From contig JANNWY010000166.1 in NCBI GenBank assembly GCA_031409335.1, forward strand, positions 1-35,884: DNA of 35,884 bases, read 5' to 3'. Below are positions 35,749-35,884 of the stretch, one piece after another. Position numbers and translations under genes: made by a program. Position 1 is the first letter of the stretch; each line of letters opens with the position of its first letter. This DNA comes from Chthoniobacteraceae bacterium. Lineage in GTDB: Bacteria > Verrucomicrobiota > Verrucomicrobiia > Chthoniobacterales > Chthoniobacteraceae. The notes under the pieces were generated by a model. That model searched no databases, was not told the origin of the DNA, and was given only the letters and a program-made list of their open reading frames with translations.

Positions 35749-35884
35749 GAGCCTGTCCCACCGGTGGCCAGGCAAGGCGGGGCATGGGCTGGCGGGCGAT
35801 AAGAAAAGAGGCATGAAGACGCGATTCGCGCTTCATGCCCCAAATTCGCGGTCTATAAGTCTGTGACCAAACAAAACTTCATCC
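35749..35884 (+). mobile_element. Probable left end of an insertion sequence (IS1182- or IS5-like), truncated by the window
   Basis: CTAG overlapping GAGCCTGTCCCA, an internal hairpin at 35810-35839, and an ORF start GTG 35863 giving MTKQNFI, reminiscent of IS1182 transposase N-termini. Confidence 0.4.

Noticed and set aside
1..35884. CRISPR array, tRNA or rRNA genes
   Set aside because: I saw no regularly spaced repeat-spacer units or recognisable structural RNA genes. The short repeats are microsatellites, REPs or coding repeats. A covariance-model scan would be needed to exclude small ncRNAs.

Overview
GC-rich bacterial chromosomal window, most likely from Verrucomicrobiota (Chthoniobacter/Spartobacteria-like). 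This is an inference from the PEP-CTERM protein, the PVC-type heme protein, the lamin-tail/CotH proteins and the SD-less starts. The left edge is an integron: an intact IntI, a candidate attI, and the 5' part of a first cassette gene resembling the VCH_CASS14 family, which the ORF track misses. A mostly housekeeping block follows: TolB-like/M28/PDZ peptidase, SMP-30 lactonase, guaB, DUF1460 amidase, chrA, xerD, lpxK, an AT-richer DUF6714-like gene, thrB, rph and gmd. The centre holds two tandem giant exported paralogs (lamin-tail domains, divergent CotH kinase, He_PIG repeats, conserved C-terminal DxDxDG/FYRV module). After them come a PVC-type CxxCH protein, a class III adenylate cyclase, an HtrA protease and an orphan RnfD/UnbU-like membrane protein. 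The right edge is an accessory region with gene remnants, a PEP-CTERM gene and a probable IS end. Small palindromic and microsatellite elements are scattered throughout, and one is inserted in frame inside a protein. All family calls come from motif recognition by eye, not database searches.
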